The notes under the pieces were generated by a model, which saw nothing but the letters and a program-made list of their open reading frames with translations, searched no databases and was not told where the DNA came from. A program made the translations under genes and the position numbers. Shown piece by piece: positions 20,593-29,650 of a stretch of DNA of 64,000 nucleotides. The stretch is from a virus. Position 1 is the stretch's first letter, and each line of letters opens with the position of its first letter. The stretch covers positions 18,611 through 82,610 of the IMG/VR virus record IMGVR_UViG_3300036770_004568, one strand, 5' to 3'.

Positions 20593-22052
20593 TTGACTAC
20601 TCCCTGCGCTAAAGCACAAGGATTCTCATAAGAGATTTCAACGATCATGATATTGTGGTAATAACCACAGCCTCATGCGTTGGGGCGAAGTCAAAGCGCC
20701 CCTAGCTGGTTTGCATTGCATTCCAGGTACATTGGCTTTACGACCAATGTTGTAAGCACCATTGCAGTCAGCATTGATGACTTCACCATTGGCGGCTTTG
20801 TAGAGACCACGAGTAATACGTCGTCCTGATGGTTTCCAACACTCGGGTTTTTCACCGTATACGGGAATCACATCAAGATCTAAGGCTGATGCCTTAGACG
20901 TATAACTTTCTTCCTGCTCAATGAACAGGATCCCATAGAGCTCACAAAGCTCCATGACTCGTCGTTTAAGACGAGCCGTGGGAATCTGTACAAACTTCTG
21001 GTTGTTTTTCTTGCCTAGATTAACAGACTGCTTTTGTCCTTTGTTCCAGCCAAACACAACTGTGCCAATCTTATGATCAAGACAGTATTGAATCACTAGT
21101 CGGGCTGCTTTGTTGACAGCGTCACGCATTTGACGGTTACGTTTAGTTGTGACACGATCAAGCAACTTAGACCAAGATCCATGAGGTTTAGACTCCTTGA
21201 GAATACTGACGCGTTTGTTGTACCACTGATTCAGTGATTTCAGATGCCTACCATCAATGATGAATGAATGACCCATGGTTGATGCACAGGTCAACCAGTT
21301 ATCAATGCCATGATCAATTGCTAATGCATGTGATTGATCAAGATCTAGTGCAGATTGCTGTGCAGACTTACTGATCCATACTGCATCAAAGTAATCAGCC
21401 CGTGGGACAATTTGTAGTTCGCGGATACTGTCCCAATTTAGATTGGATGGGAAAGGAATGTAAATTTCTGGAAGTCCAAACCAGACTTTGCAATAGCGTC
21501 CGAGAGGAACTCGGACTTGGTTGTTTGTTAGCTTGAGCCAACGCTTAGGATAAATAACTTGGTACATACCGCCTGACTTACGGTATTTTGGCAGCTTAGG
21601 TTCATCAGGAAGCTGTCCTGTCTTCCATAGTTTTTCTAAAGCTCTATACGATTTAAATGATTCACCAACGCTGATACAAGTCTGTTGTGCAGAACTATTG
21701 AAGACAGACTTCATGTGAATATTGTCTTTCATCAATGTTGAAAGACGCTGTCCATTTGTAATTTGTGCAAGCGTTAGCTGACGTTTATTAGGTTTTGACT
21801 TAAAGTAAAGCTGTCTAGCAAGATAAACAGTACAGTTATACAGCTTATTGGATTCGCTGCATAAATATTGCAATACCGCCTTCAGTGACGGGTCACAGGG
21901 CAGCCGGTTGATCTGAGCGACGTATTGCTGAGCCATGGCACCAGTATACTAGGCATAGCAGGCATGACGTCAGCTAAAAAGTCTCAGATACTAGGCTACT
22001 GAAGCGCTTTTCCTCCCCGCCCTAAAGATCGGGGCTACCAAGCTCAACTTAA
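20593..22052 (-). mobile_element. IS200/IS605-family (IS1341-like, tnpB only) element; left end approximate
   Basis: Right end on minus strand gaatccttgtgctttagcgcagggagtagTCAA (ends at 20593); left-end hairpin ccccgatctttagggcgggg near 22015-22034; no tnpA; more AT-rich than the flanks. Confidence 0.8.
20638..21936 (-). CDS. tnpB: RNA-guided endonuclease TnpB
   Basis: SNKLYN, RuvC-I AIDHG, QEESYTSK, RuvC-III INADCNGAYNI. Confidence 0.92.
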   Translation of the reverse strand: MAQQYVAQINRLPCDPSLKAVLQYLCSESNKLYNCTVYLARQLYFKSKPNKRQLTLAQITNGQRLSTLMKDNIHMKSVFNSSAQQTCISVGESFKSYRALEKLWKTGQLPDEPKLPKYRKSGGMYQVIYPKRWLKLTNNQVRVPLGRYCKVWFGLPEIYIPFPSNLNWDSIRELQIVPRADYFDAVWISKSAQQSALDLDQSHALAIDHGIDNWLTCASTMGHSFIIDGRHLKSLNQWYNKRVSILKESKPHGSWSKLLDRVTTKRNRQMRDAVNKAARLVIQYCLDHKIGTVVFGWNKGQKQSVNLGKKNNQKFVQIPTARLKRRVMELCELYGILFIEQEESYTSKASALDLDVIPVYGEKPECWKPSGRRITRGLYKAANGEVINADCNGAYNIGRKANVPGMQCKPARGALTSPQRMRLWLLPQYHDR

Positions 22053-22918
22053 TCAGGTGTAGTGTGGTAGCTTGGTAAAGGCCTATCGAATGAAAAAGTT
22101 TTCCACAGGTTTATGGCTTGTCTCAGTGAGACTCGGTGAGATTAGGGGCTCTAAGTCAAACTCATAACGAGTATGAGTTGGGAATGGTAGCAATGTGATA
22201 CAAAAATAAGGGTGAGAAAACGAAGGACTTTGGAAAGGCGCTACATTGGTACGTGTAGTCAGCTGCGTAGTAGTGCGTAGAAATGGGGTAATTATGGTAG
22301 CAACGGTAACAAAGTGGTACTGAATTAATCAAAGTTGTTGTTCGTCTTGGATTGATAAGTACAGCTTGTGGATGTTACGTGAGACCGAAAAACGGTATCA
22401 CTGCGATACGGAAAAGGCCTCGGACCAGGGGTGTTTTGGTATCGCATTGATACAGAGCTGGGACGAGGAGTTTACAGTCTCAGATGAGACTCATAGTGGT
22501 AACGGATAAAAACGACAAAAATCGACTGAACGAGTGATTTCATTTGGTCTACCTAAAATATGGCAAAGTGTTCTTTCGCATGCGTGGTGGTGGCCAAGGG
22601 GGGTAGGGGGTTCAGGGCGTACCCCGGCAGGAACACTTTGCCACATTTCTGGGGAACTAATTAAAATTCCGTTCCGGTTGTTTTTCGTCGTTTTTTTTCG
22701 CGATGACCCCTGTTTTGGTATAGCTGTGTTACATTCAGGCCCTCAAACCTGTATCAACCACTACAAAAATCACTACAGCACTACACGTACTCAGTCGCCG
22801 TTGAGTGCATGTACTCGTGTATTTCAGCACTGCTGATGCCTTAGTACTTGTACTCAACACCCTATATTTCTACTTTTCCAAAAGCTTGCTAGCATTTAGT
22901 GACCAGTCACTAGGAGCA

Positions 22919-23566
22919 ATGGCCAGGACACTCAAGGGTGCCGATCATCGCAGGGGGAAGATCGAAGAGTTCTTGACGATGGTCTGTCTTCCAGACAGGA
23001 TTGACCGTTTTACCTACAAGGGTTATCCCTGTCCGAAAGGTCACATGCTTCGGCATCGCCACCATCACTGGTGTGTTCAGTGCGTTTCCAATATTGTCAA
23101 CAACAAATGCGGTATGGATGTCAATCTCACTGACATCTCTCATGCATCGTTCTATAGTCACTTTTTTCAGTGCGTTCAACCGCCACGCGGCTTTGATGAA
23201 TGCTGGCTGATGTCAGAAGACTTTCTGGCCATTAAAGACCGCAACTATCCACGACTGACGGCACTGACCTATCGCACAGGACTGGCAGGTGTTAGCAACA
23301 CCATCTCACTCACAAAGTTTGTCTATAACTACTTCTGGGGTGACGTAGGTGCATTGGTAGTTACTAGGACATGCAAGAACCCTGCCTGTTGGAATCCACT
23401 GCACATGAAGTCATGCTTCAACATGGCCAAGAGTCCAACATCAGTTGATCCTTTGCAGCTCAAGTATGACTCTGTCAAGAACATGCTCAATCACATGAAG
23501 CCGCGTTCTTTTGAGAGCGAAAAAGTTTTGTCTCCCGATCTTGCTGCTCGTCTTGCTGGACTCTGA
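22919..23566 (+). CDS. Zn-binding protein with a degenerate HNH/His-Cys-like domain
   Basis: AGGAG before ATG 22919; CPKGH...HHWCVQC; DECW; TRTCKNPACWNPLHM. Confidence 0.7.
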   Translation: MARTLKGADHRRGKIEEFLTMVCLPDRIDRFTYKGYPCPKGHMLRHRHHHWCVQCVSNIVNNKCGMDVNLTDISHASFYSHFFQCVQPPRGFDECWLMSEDFLAIKDRNYPRLTALTYRTGLAGVSNTISLTKFVYNYFWGDVGALVVTRTCKNPACWNPLHMKSCFNMAKSPTSVDPLQLKYDSVKNMLNHMKPRSFESEKVLSPDLAARLAGL

Positions 23567-23568
23567 TC

Positions 23569-24273
23569 ATGCCACGCGTTAAGTACACGGACAATCTGCA
23601 TCTCTCTACAATTCAGCATCTGCACATTGCAATTCTCAAGCCTGATCTGATTGACGAGTTGTTCTATGTCGGCCAGGTCTGTCCCCTTGGTCATCGCTAC
23701 CGCCATAGGCAACTGCACTGGTGTTTGAACTGCGGACTCAAGGCCTATGGCAACCGGCCTCAAGCGGACCTCAACATGGTGGTCAAGGAGCACCGCACGT
23801 ACTTCATGAACGTGTTTGCGAACCTCCCCACGGATCAGCCCCTCGATCAATGCTGGGAGCTGCCTGAGGGCGTCCGCAAGCCCGGCAAGATGCAGCACTA
23901 CTCCTATCTGACCTACCGCACCCCTCAGCTTAAGCGGGCCGTCTCTGTGCCCCTACCACGGCTGGTGTATTCCCTGTTCTGGGGCGAGGTGGGTGCCGTC
24001 ACGGTTGTCTCGACGTGCAACAACCCGATCTGCTGGAATCCCTTGCATGTACGCAGCCGCTTCAATGTCAAACCCACGCCCAAGGAGCTGGGGCAAATCA
24101 TCTTGACCCCTGATCCATGGCGAGTGATGCAGTTTGAGAAACGCCCCATGACCTTGGAGAAGGAACGCTCTCCATCCATTGCGATCATCAAACCACCCGT
24201 GATGAACAAGGAGGTTGAGCCCGGATCACCATTCCGTCCCCTGGAAAGCCAATACATCCCTAAATTAGAATAG
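23569..24273 (+). CDS. tandem paralogue of 22919-23566
   Basis: CPLGH...HWCLNC; DQCW; FWGEVG; VSTCNNPICWNPLHV. Confidence 0.75.
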   Translation: MPRVKYTDNLHLSTIQHLHIAILKPDLIDELFYVGQVCPLGHRYRHRQLHWCLNCGLKAYGNRPQADLNMVVKEHRTYFMNVFANLPTDQPLDQCWELPEGVRKPGKMQHYSYLTYRTPQLKRAVSVPLPRLVYSLFWGEVGAVTVVSTCNNPICWNPLHVRSRFNVKPTPKELGQIILTPDPWRVMQFEKRPMTLEKERSPSIAIIKPPVMNKEVEPGSPFRPLESQYIPKLE

Positions 24274-24293
24274 AGGGACTAGAAAGATATGGC

Positions 24294-25058
24294 ATGACAC
24301 AACGTAGCCGCAGTTACCACGATCCCCTGGACCTCGGTCTTTATGATCGAACATCCATTCGCTACATCAAGGGTCGGATTGGTGCTGAGAACAAAGGGCA
24401 GACGGCATTTCGCTGTACCAATGACGGTGCTTCCAATGCTTTTCAGAACGTCTGGTTCAAGGTGACGATCACGGACCCCGGCTATCTCATCTTTCTCAAG
24501 GATGACAACAGGGATAAGCGATTTTATTCCGTCAATGTCTATACGGCTGATTCTGAGCGGCGTCAATTGGCCTACCCCATGCTCACCGGTGATGTCTGTA
24601 GGAAGTTCGATAACATGGTAGCTGGCTTCTCATCGGATCTCTACAACATCTCTGATCAACGCCCAGAGTTAAGGGACCGGAACCGCACATCCCTATTTCC
24701 CTTGCCCAAGGGTTCCTATGTCATCAACATCTCGACCCAGCGCTGGGACATGTTTCGTTATGGCGTCTACATGATTCTGGAGATGCCCACGCAGACCGGC
24801 TATCTGGAACTGGAAACTGAGACCAACAGCATGCGTGAGTTTGCTTTGCAAGAAGCCACAACCCAAAATGTTCCAAAGTTCTTCTTGCTTGAGGATGCTG
24901 TGGTGGGTGTTCTGCAGCCGGTGCGGGAGCGCAGTGACCATGACGAGCGGGAATTGCGTGGTGCTTGGCGCGAGTCGTTTAAGGATGTGCCTTTCCCGAA
25001 GGAGATTCAAGATTACATTCGTGCCACCCAAGTTCCCGCTTCAGCTTGTTTCAACTGA
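24294..25058 (+). CDS. hypothetical protein
   Basis: 254 aa ORF with TAGAAT 22 nt upstream. Confidence 0.7.
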   Translation: MTQRSRSYHDPLDLGLYDRTSIRYIKGRIGAENKGQTAFRCTNDGASNAFQNVWFKVTITDPGYLIFLKDDNRDKRFYSVNVYTADSERRQLAYPMLTGDVCRKFDNMVAGFSSDLYNISDQRPELRDRNRTSLFPLPKGSYVINISTQRWDMFRYGVYMILEMPTQTGYLELETETNSMREFALQEATTQNVPKFFLLEDAVVGVLQPVRERSDHDERELRGAWRESFKDVPFPKEIQDYIRATQVPASACFN

Positions 25059-25066
25059 TTGACCAT

Positions 25067-25075
25067 TGCTATACT
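25067..25075 (+). promoter_or_regulatory. extended -10 promoter for the tRNA cluster
   Basis: TGcTATACT ends 5 nt before the first tRNA-like gene. Confidence 0.5.
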
Positions 25076-25080
25076 TGATA

Positions 25081-25162
25081 AGCGGAGTGGAGAAGTAGGA
25101 TCTCGGGGACAACTAGATCACATCGGTCCCAGTCGCTGGTGCAAATCCAGCCTCCGCGTCCA
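25081..25162 (+). ncRNA. tRNA-like RNA (initiator-type body) with a 15-nt anticodon loop
   Basis: Acceptor GCGGAG/CTCCGC with A1:G72 mismatch; D stem GAGA/TCTC; stem GGGAC/GTCCC closing loop AACTAGATCACATCG; T arm GCTGG-TGCAAAT-CCAGC; encoded CCA. Confidence 0.75.
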
Positions 25163-25167
25163 ATCAA

Positions 25168-25239
25168 CCAGATGTAGGTCAGCGGTAGACGGCTTGCTTT
25201 GGGAGCAAGAGGACGTTGGTTCGATCCCAACCATCTGGA
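25168..25239 (+). tRNA. tRNA-Pro(TGG)
   Basis: Acceptor CCAGATG/CATCTGG; anticodon arm CTTGC-TTTGGGA-GCAAG; TTCGATC T loop. Confidence 0.93.
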
Positions 25240-25258
25240 TTCGATAGACTTTAGGGAT

Positions 25259-25331
25259 GCCGGATTAGCTCAGTGGTAGCAGCGCTACTCTTGTAAAGTA
25301 GATGTCATCGGTTCGAATCCGATATCCGGCT
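25259..25331 (+). tRNA. tRNA-Thr(TGT)
   Basis: Acceptor GCCGGAT/ATCCGGC; anticodon arm CTACT-CTTGTAA-AGTAG; TTCGAAT T loop. Confidence 0.93.
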
Positions 25332-25353
25332 TGCAGCTCCAATACATGCTTAC

Positions 25354-25878
25354 ATGTCCCTCTACCTAACATCCGATCTGCATTTTGGTCACAGCAAGGT
25401 CCTGGAGTTCACTGGACCGGATGGTCAGCGCATCCGTCCGTTTGCATCGGTAGAGGAGATGCATGAGGTGATCATCGAGAACTACAACAAGGTGGTTAAA
25501 CCCCAAGACACGTGTTACATCTTGGGTGATGTCGCCATTCCCAGATCTGGTCTTCAGCAGCTTGCAAGACTCAATGGTCGCAAGATTCTGATCCACGGCA
25601 ATCACGACACCTACAAGACACAAGATTATCTCAAGTACTTTGATCAGATTCGTGGTGTCGGCTTTAAAGATCGCATTTTCTTCACTCATATCCCTGTGCA
25701 CCCTGACACGTTCAGGGGCGGATCCATTCGTGGCAATGTGCACGGCCACTTGCACATCCATCGGGTAATAGATGGGGATGTCCTCGATCCACGCTATTTC
25801 AGCGTGTGTCTGGAGGTGAATGACTTTACGCCCGTGTCATGGGATGTGGTCCGCCAGCACTTTGGCTTGGATGAGTAG
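25354..25878 (+). CDS. calcineurin-like metallophosphoesterase
   Basis: SDLHFGH, LGD, GNHD, THIP, HGHLH. Confidence 0.9.
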   Translation: MSLYLTSDLHFGHSKVLEFTGPDGQRIRPFASVEEMHEVIIENYNKVVKPQDTCYILGDVAIPRSGLQQLARLNGRKILIHGNHDTYKTQDYLKYFDQIRGVGFKDRIFFTHIPVHPDTFRGGSIRGNVHGHLHIHRVIDGDVLDPRYFSVCLEVNDFTPVSWDVVRQHFGLDE

Positions 25879-25931
25879 TCCAAAGCTAAAACTAGTATCC
25901 ATTAGAATGGTTGCAAGGTAATTGAAGCGCG

Positions 25932-26549
25932 ATGTATTCACCAGCTCCTGGCGTGGCGGCCTATCCCGTTCCTGTGATGGAACCCCAGTCCCAGCACTTT
26001 GCTGCTCCCATTGTCGATCCCAGTGGTCAACCCATCGGTCAGATCGAAGTGCATAAGGAGACTGTGCCTGTCATTGGCATTGAGGACCCAGAGGAGGATC
26101 TCAAGGAAGCCAAGGATGAACTAGCCCGCTACTTACTTTGCGTGACGGCGTTCATCAAGGAACTTGAGACCCAATCCCACCTGGTCCATCTCAACTTCCA
26201 GGGACCGAACTTCCTGAGTGTGCACGGCTATCTCAAGGGGCAGTACGACAAGCACCTGGAGCAGTTCGACCGGGTGGCTGAAGCCCTACGCACCTTGGAC
26301 TACTACCTGCCAATGTGTAGCAACGGCCTCAAGGATTGCTGCCGGGACTTCAAGCATTGCACCTCGTATCAAAGCAGTGAGATGCTGGCGACCTACCTCT
26401 ACAACATCGAATCCTGCGGCATGAAGGCCAAGTGCCTAGGCAAGTGTGCTGCTAAGGCATGTGCTCCTGATATTGAGAACCTGGCGGCTGATCTGGTGGA
26501 AGCCATGTTCCACGACGCCTATCTCATCAAGAGCACACTGCGCAGTTGA
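25932..26549 (+). CDS. dps: Dps/ferritin-like protein
   Basis: HLVHLNFQGPNFLSVH...FDRVAE matches the Dps signature. Confidence 0.7.
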   Translation: MYSPAPGVAAYPVPVMEPQSQHFAAPIVDPSGQPIGQIEVHKETVPVIGIEDPEEDLKEAKDELARYLLCVTAFIKELETQSHLVHLNFQGPNFLSVHGYLKGQYDKHLEQFDRVAEALRTLDYYLPMCSNGLKDCCRDFKHCTSYQSSEMLATYLYNIESCGMKAKCLGKCAAKACAPDIENLAADLVEAMFHDAYLIKSTLRS

Positions 26550-26555
26550 CAATCT

Positions 26556-27080
26556 TTATTGAATGGTTGCAGGGGCTTCGGGTAGCAGCATCCAGTGAGT
26601 TGGTGGATGCTCACGGTCATCAAATTCGTTTTCTTCGTTGACTGAAGCCCAGAACGGATAGGAGAATGTGCAATGCGACTGGTCTTCGTACCGACCAGGG
26701 GCAATCGACAACCAATCTTGTTTTTGCGTTGGGCGATAGAGCAAGATAATGCGATCCCTTGGTGCGGTTTCTATAGGGTGCCAGTCTGAGGCACTCGATA
26801 TTCCAGATTTAAGTCCTGCTGCATACTCTTTCTTGAATGCACGCAGATTCTCGTCAGTTTTCTCCATCGCTTTGCTGACGGCACGCAAGCACTGAGGACA
26901 GGGTTCTTGAAGCATTCCCTGCTCAATGGCATAGAGCGCGTGATCAACGTTCTGGAACGTCCACTCGTTGCGGTTTAGCATCTTGCCACACCATGACTGA
27001 CTTTCCAGGTCGGCATGTGTGTGGCGGATATGAGGCTGGTAGTCTTGGTCCATCAGTCCGTCCTCCAACGGATTGGTCAT
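26556..27080 (-). CDS. hypothetical protein with a DUF551-like C-terminus
   Basis: WHPIETAPRD...PTHWMLLPEAP. Confidence 0.7.
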   Translation of the reverse strand: MTNPLEDGLMDQDYQPHIRHTHADLESQSWCGKMLNRNEWTFQNVDHALYAIEQGMLQEPCPQCLRAVSKAMEKTDENLRAFKKEYAAGLKSGISSASDWHPIETAPRDRIILLYRPTQKQDWLSIAPGRYEDQSHCTFSYPFWASVNEENEFDDREHPPTHWMLLPEAPATIQ

Positions 27081-27136
27081 GGCCTCGGTGTTGACGCACG
27101 CGGGGCCACCCTATTTATAGCACACTGCGCAGCTGA

Positions 27137-27400
27137 TTAGAACTCTTCATTGAGTTCTTTCTGAAGACGCTCACCAAACTCCTCAACCTTCTCCAGCATG
27201 TGGTTGTAGCTAAGGATTCCATCCACACGCCGCAGCACATCAGCAATCTGATAGGTGATGTCAGGAGAGTCTGAGCGCGCCGAGACACTCACGGCATTCT
27301 TGAGCGAACTCAGGCACTCCTCCAGGGATTCCTTGGTGCGCGGCGAAATGGTGATCTCACCACGGGACGGCGGGTTCATGAACATCAGTTTGCCCTTCAT
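27137..27400 (-). CDS. hypothetical protein
   Basis: 87 aa helical ORF with TAGACT upstream. Confidence 0.55.
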   Translation of the reverse strand: MKGKLMFMNPPSRGEITISPRTKESLEECLSSLKNAVSVSARSDSPDITYQIADVLRRVDGILSYNHMLEKVEEFGERLQKELNEEF

Positions 27401-27472
27401 TGGAATTGCTATCTAGACATATGAGATAGTCTAGATGATGTTCATAGTCTACAAAGATTCGGCCCACCGAAC

Positions 27473-28174
27473 CTAGCGATTCGAGATATCCAGATACCAC
27501 CCGCCCGTGCCTTTAACCATCCATCTTGGGTTCCAGTTGGCTTTGGTGTACTCCACACCTTTGCCTTTGGTTTTGCTGATGAGATAGCCGCCTGTGGTCA
27601 TGTTGGCTTCCCCATAGGGGTCATGGTGAATCCAGGTCTTGTCCGTGGATCCAATCACCACGGTCCAGTGGCCGCCGCCCGTGGGATTGGCAGGAGTGCC
27701 GTGATGCAACCAACCCACAGGAATAGGACGTCCTTCTTTGAGCAGTCGTTCTAGATCCGCTGCTGTGCCATTGGTACGGAACAGTGCATTGAGACCGAGG
27801 GACTGCAGAGCTTTGACTTGGGCCGTACTGCTGGTGGTGTCGCCGTACTTGGCGCGGACCTGGTTGTATTCATTATCACTTTTGACCTTGCCGTAGTACA
27901 TCGCCACCATGGCACAACTGCTGCTGAAACATTCGCGCATCCCCTGGCCTGAGGCATTATCCAGTTGGGTTTGATAGGGAACAATGAGTGGATTGAGGAC
28001 AGTCGGCTTGGGTGCTGTAGAGAATTGCTGACGCCATTGAGCTTCTTCTGTTAAAATTGATGGGTCAGCCTTGAGGATTTGGTCGTAGAGCGACCGCAGG
28101 GCAGAGTTTTGGTGTGGCTGGCCCTTGTAGTTTGTCCAGAACTGAAGCCACCGTTCATAGCTCAGTGTTGTCAT
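27473..28174 (-). CDS. C39-like cysteine peptidase (putative cell-wall hydrolase)
   Basis: VPYQTQLDN, ECFSSSCAM, GGHWTVVIG, HDPYG. Confidence 0.85.
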   Translation of the reverse strand: MTTLSYERWLQFWTNYKGQPHQNSALRSLYDQILKADPSILTEEAQWRQQFSTAPKPTVLNPLIVPYQTQLDNASGQGMRECFSSSCAMVAMYYGKVKSDNEYNQVRAKYGDTTSSTAQVKALQSLGLNALFRTNGTAADLERLLKEGRPIPVGWLHHGTPANPTGGGHWTVVIGSTDKTWIHHDPYGEANMTTGGYLISKTKGKGVEYTKANWNPRWMVKGTGGWYLDISNR

Positions 28175-28232
28175 AACTCAATTCCATCGATATTCCTGTT
28201 TCTCTATTCTAATCTTCACCACTTACCGACCC

Positions 28233-28517
28233 ATGTCTGTTATCTATGACGAAATCTTCTTAACAGAAGACGAATTTACTGAACAATTTGACGAGATCAT
28301 TGAATCCATTAACGAGTCCACAAAGACAGTGTGGATCATTGATCACAAGGTTGCACTGATCCCTTGTCACCTCTACGAGGAATTAACCTCGATTACTCTA
28401 GAGTTAAACCTAGGGGATGACAATGGAACTGAAGGAGCACAAGCATCAGTACATCAACATGATCATTCGGAGCATTCTTGCTCTGTATGCAATCTGGACA
28501 GCAACGCTGATTGCTGA
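28233..28517 (+). CDS. hypothetical acidic protein
   Basis: 94 aa ORF overlapping the next ORF. Confidence 0.45.
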   Translation: MSVIYDEIFLTEDEFTEQFDEIIESINESTKTVWIIDHKVALIPCHLYEELTSITLELNLGDDNGTEGAQASVHQHDHSEHSCSVCNLDSNADC

Positions 28518-28647
28518 ACTCGGTTACTGCACCTACAAGACACCAACGCAGTGCGAGACCCAACGCGCTGAGCTTGGTCGTGCTGTGACGATTATCCCTA
28601 CCACGCTGTTGGCCTGGCTAGCGGATTCTCCTGTGCAGATGAAATAA
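28423..28647 (+). CDS. small membrane protein (holin candidate)
   Basis: Two hydrophobic segments; upstream of the endolysin. Confidence 0.5.
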   Translation: MELKEHKHQYINMIIRSILALYAIWTATLIAELGYCTYKTPTQCETQRAELGRAVTIIPTTLLAWLADSPVQMK

Positions 28648-28679
28648 CGATTTAGAATAGATCGTATGTAGGTGAAGTT

Positions 28680-28997
28680 ATGCACTGGATCTTTGATATC
28701 TCCCTGGCTTTTCTGGTGATTGGTTTGACCGAAGCCATTGTCAAACCGATTGCCAAGGGATTGGTTGAACGTCAACTGCGCAAGATATTGCCTGTTGCTA
28801 TGGAGTATTTGGATCTCAGCATGCCTGAGATGATTTTTCAGTACACAGGTGAGCAGATGAATACCGCACTGAAGATGAAACTGGAAGATGTGCTGGGCCG
28901 CTCCATCTCCCAAGATGAACTGGATTTTGTCTTCAAAACGTATGATCCTCGGATTTCATCTGATTATCACCATGAAATTGGGAGCCAGAGCCAGTGA
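28680..28997 (+). CDS. hypothetical protein with an N-terminal hydrophobic helix
   Basis: 105 aa; GTGA-coupled to the lysozyme gene. Confidence 0.65.
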   Translation: MHWIFDISLAFLVIGLTEAIVKPIAKGLVERQLRKILPVAMEYLDLSMPEMIFQYTGEQMNTALKMKLEDVLGRSISQDELDFVFKTYDPRISSDYHHEIGSQSQ

Positions 28998-29650
28998 CCC
29001 TCTCTACCTTCACGCTCAAGAATGCTGCAATGTGGTCCAAGGGACTGCCGCACCAGGACGATGCCTGGGATTGGTTGCAAAACAAGATCCCAACACCTGT
29101 GCTCAAGGAGTTCATGTTGCGTTACCGCAACGAGCACAAGATCACCAGCCTGGAGCCCCAGTATGCCCTGCCCACGCAGGCTCTTGCGTTGATCAAGGAG
29201 CTGGAGAACTTCCGCTCGATGCCGTACTTGGATTCCGAGAAGATCCCCACCATTGGCTATGGCACAACTCGGTATCCCGATGGGAAAGCAGTAACACTTA
29301 GCGATAAGCGCATCACCATCGAGCAGGCCGAGGCCTATCTCCTCCATCACATTAAGACCAGGATCCTCCCTGTTCTGCACAACTCGATTCCCTACTGGGG
29401 AGCTATGAACGACAACCAACGTTCGGCGCTCATCAGCTTTGCTTACAACACAGGCGAGAACTTCATGACCTTGAAGTCAGGGTACAACACGATTCAGTCC
29501 CATCTCAACACCCGCTCCTGGCAGTTGATTCCCCAAGCCCTAAGTCTCTACATCAACCCTGGTTCAGAGAGCGAAGAAGGACTGCGGAAACGCCGCAAGA
29601 TGGAAGCTGAGCTATGGAACGGACAGGGAAAGCACGCTAAATCGCGTTAG
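28994..29650 (+). CDS. GH24 lysozyme (endolysin)
   Basis: E-x8-D-x5-T triad in LENFRSMPYLDSEKIPTIGYG; ALISFAYNTG; GLRKRRKME. Confidence 0.9.
   Translation: MTLSTFTLKNAAMWSKGLPHQDDAWDWLQNKIPTPVLKEFMLRYRNEHKITSLEPQYALPTQALALIKELENFRSMPYLDSEKIPTIGYGTTRYPDGKAVTLSDKRITIEQAEAYLLHHIKTRILPVLHNSIPYWGAMNDNQRSALISFAYNTGENFMTLKSGYNTIQSHLNTRSWQLIPQALSLYINPGSESEEGLRKRRKMEAELWNGQGKHAKSR

Noticed and set aside
22534-22918. ORF 22534-22836 and the 22805 start extension
   Set aside because: Low-complexity sequence with T and G runs; a good RBS supports ATG 22919 instead.
25111-25117. Amber suppressor tRNA or stop-codon recoding from the CTA in the odd tRNA loop
   Set aside because: The loop is non-canonical, and TAG ends several clear genes here (2027, 2999, 4051), so the standard code fits.
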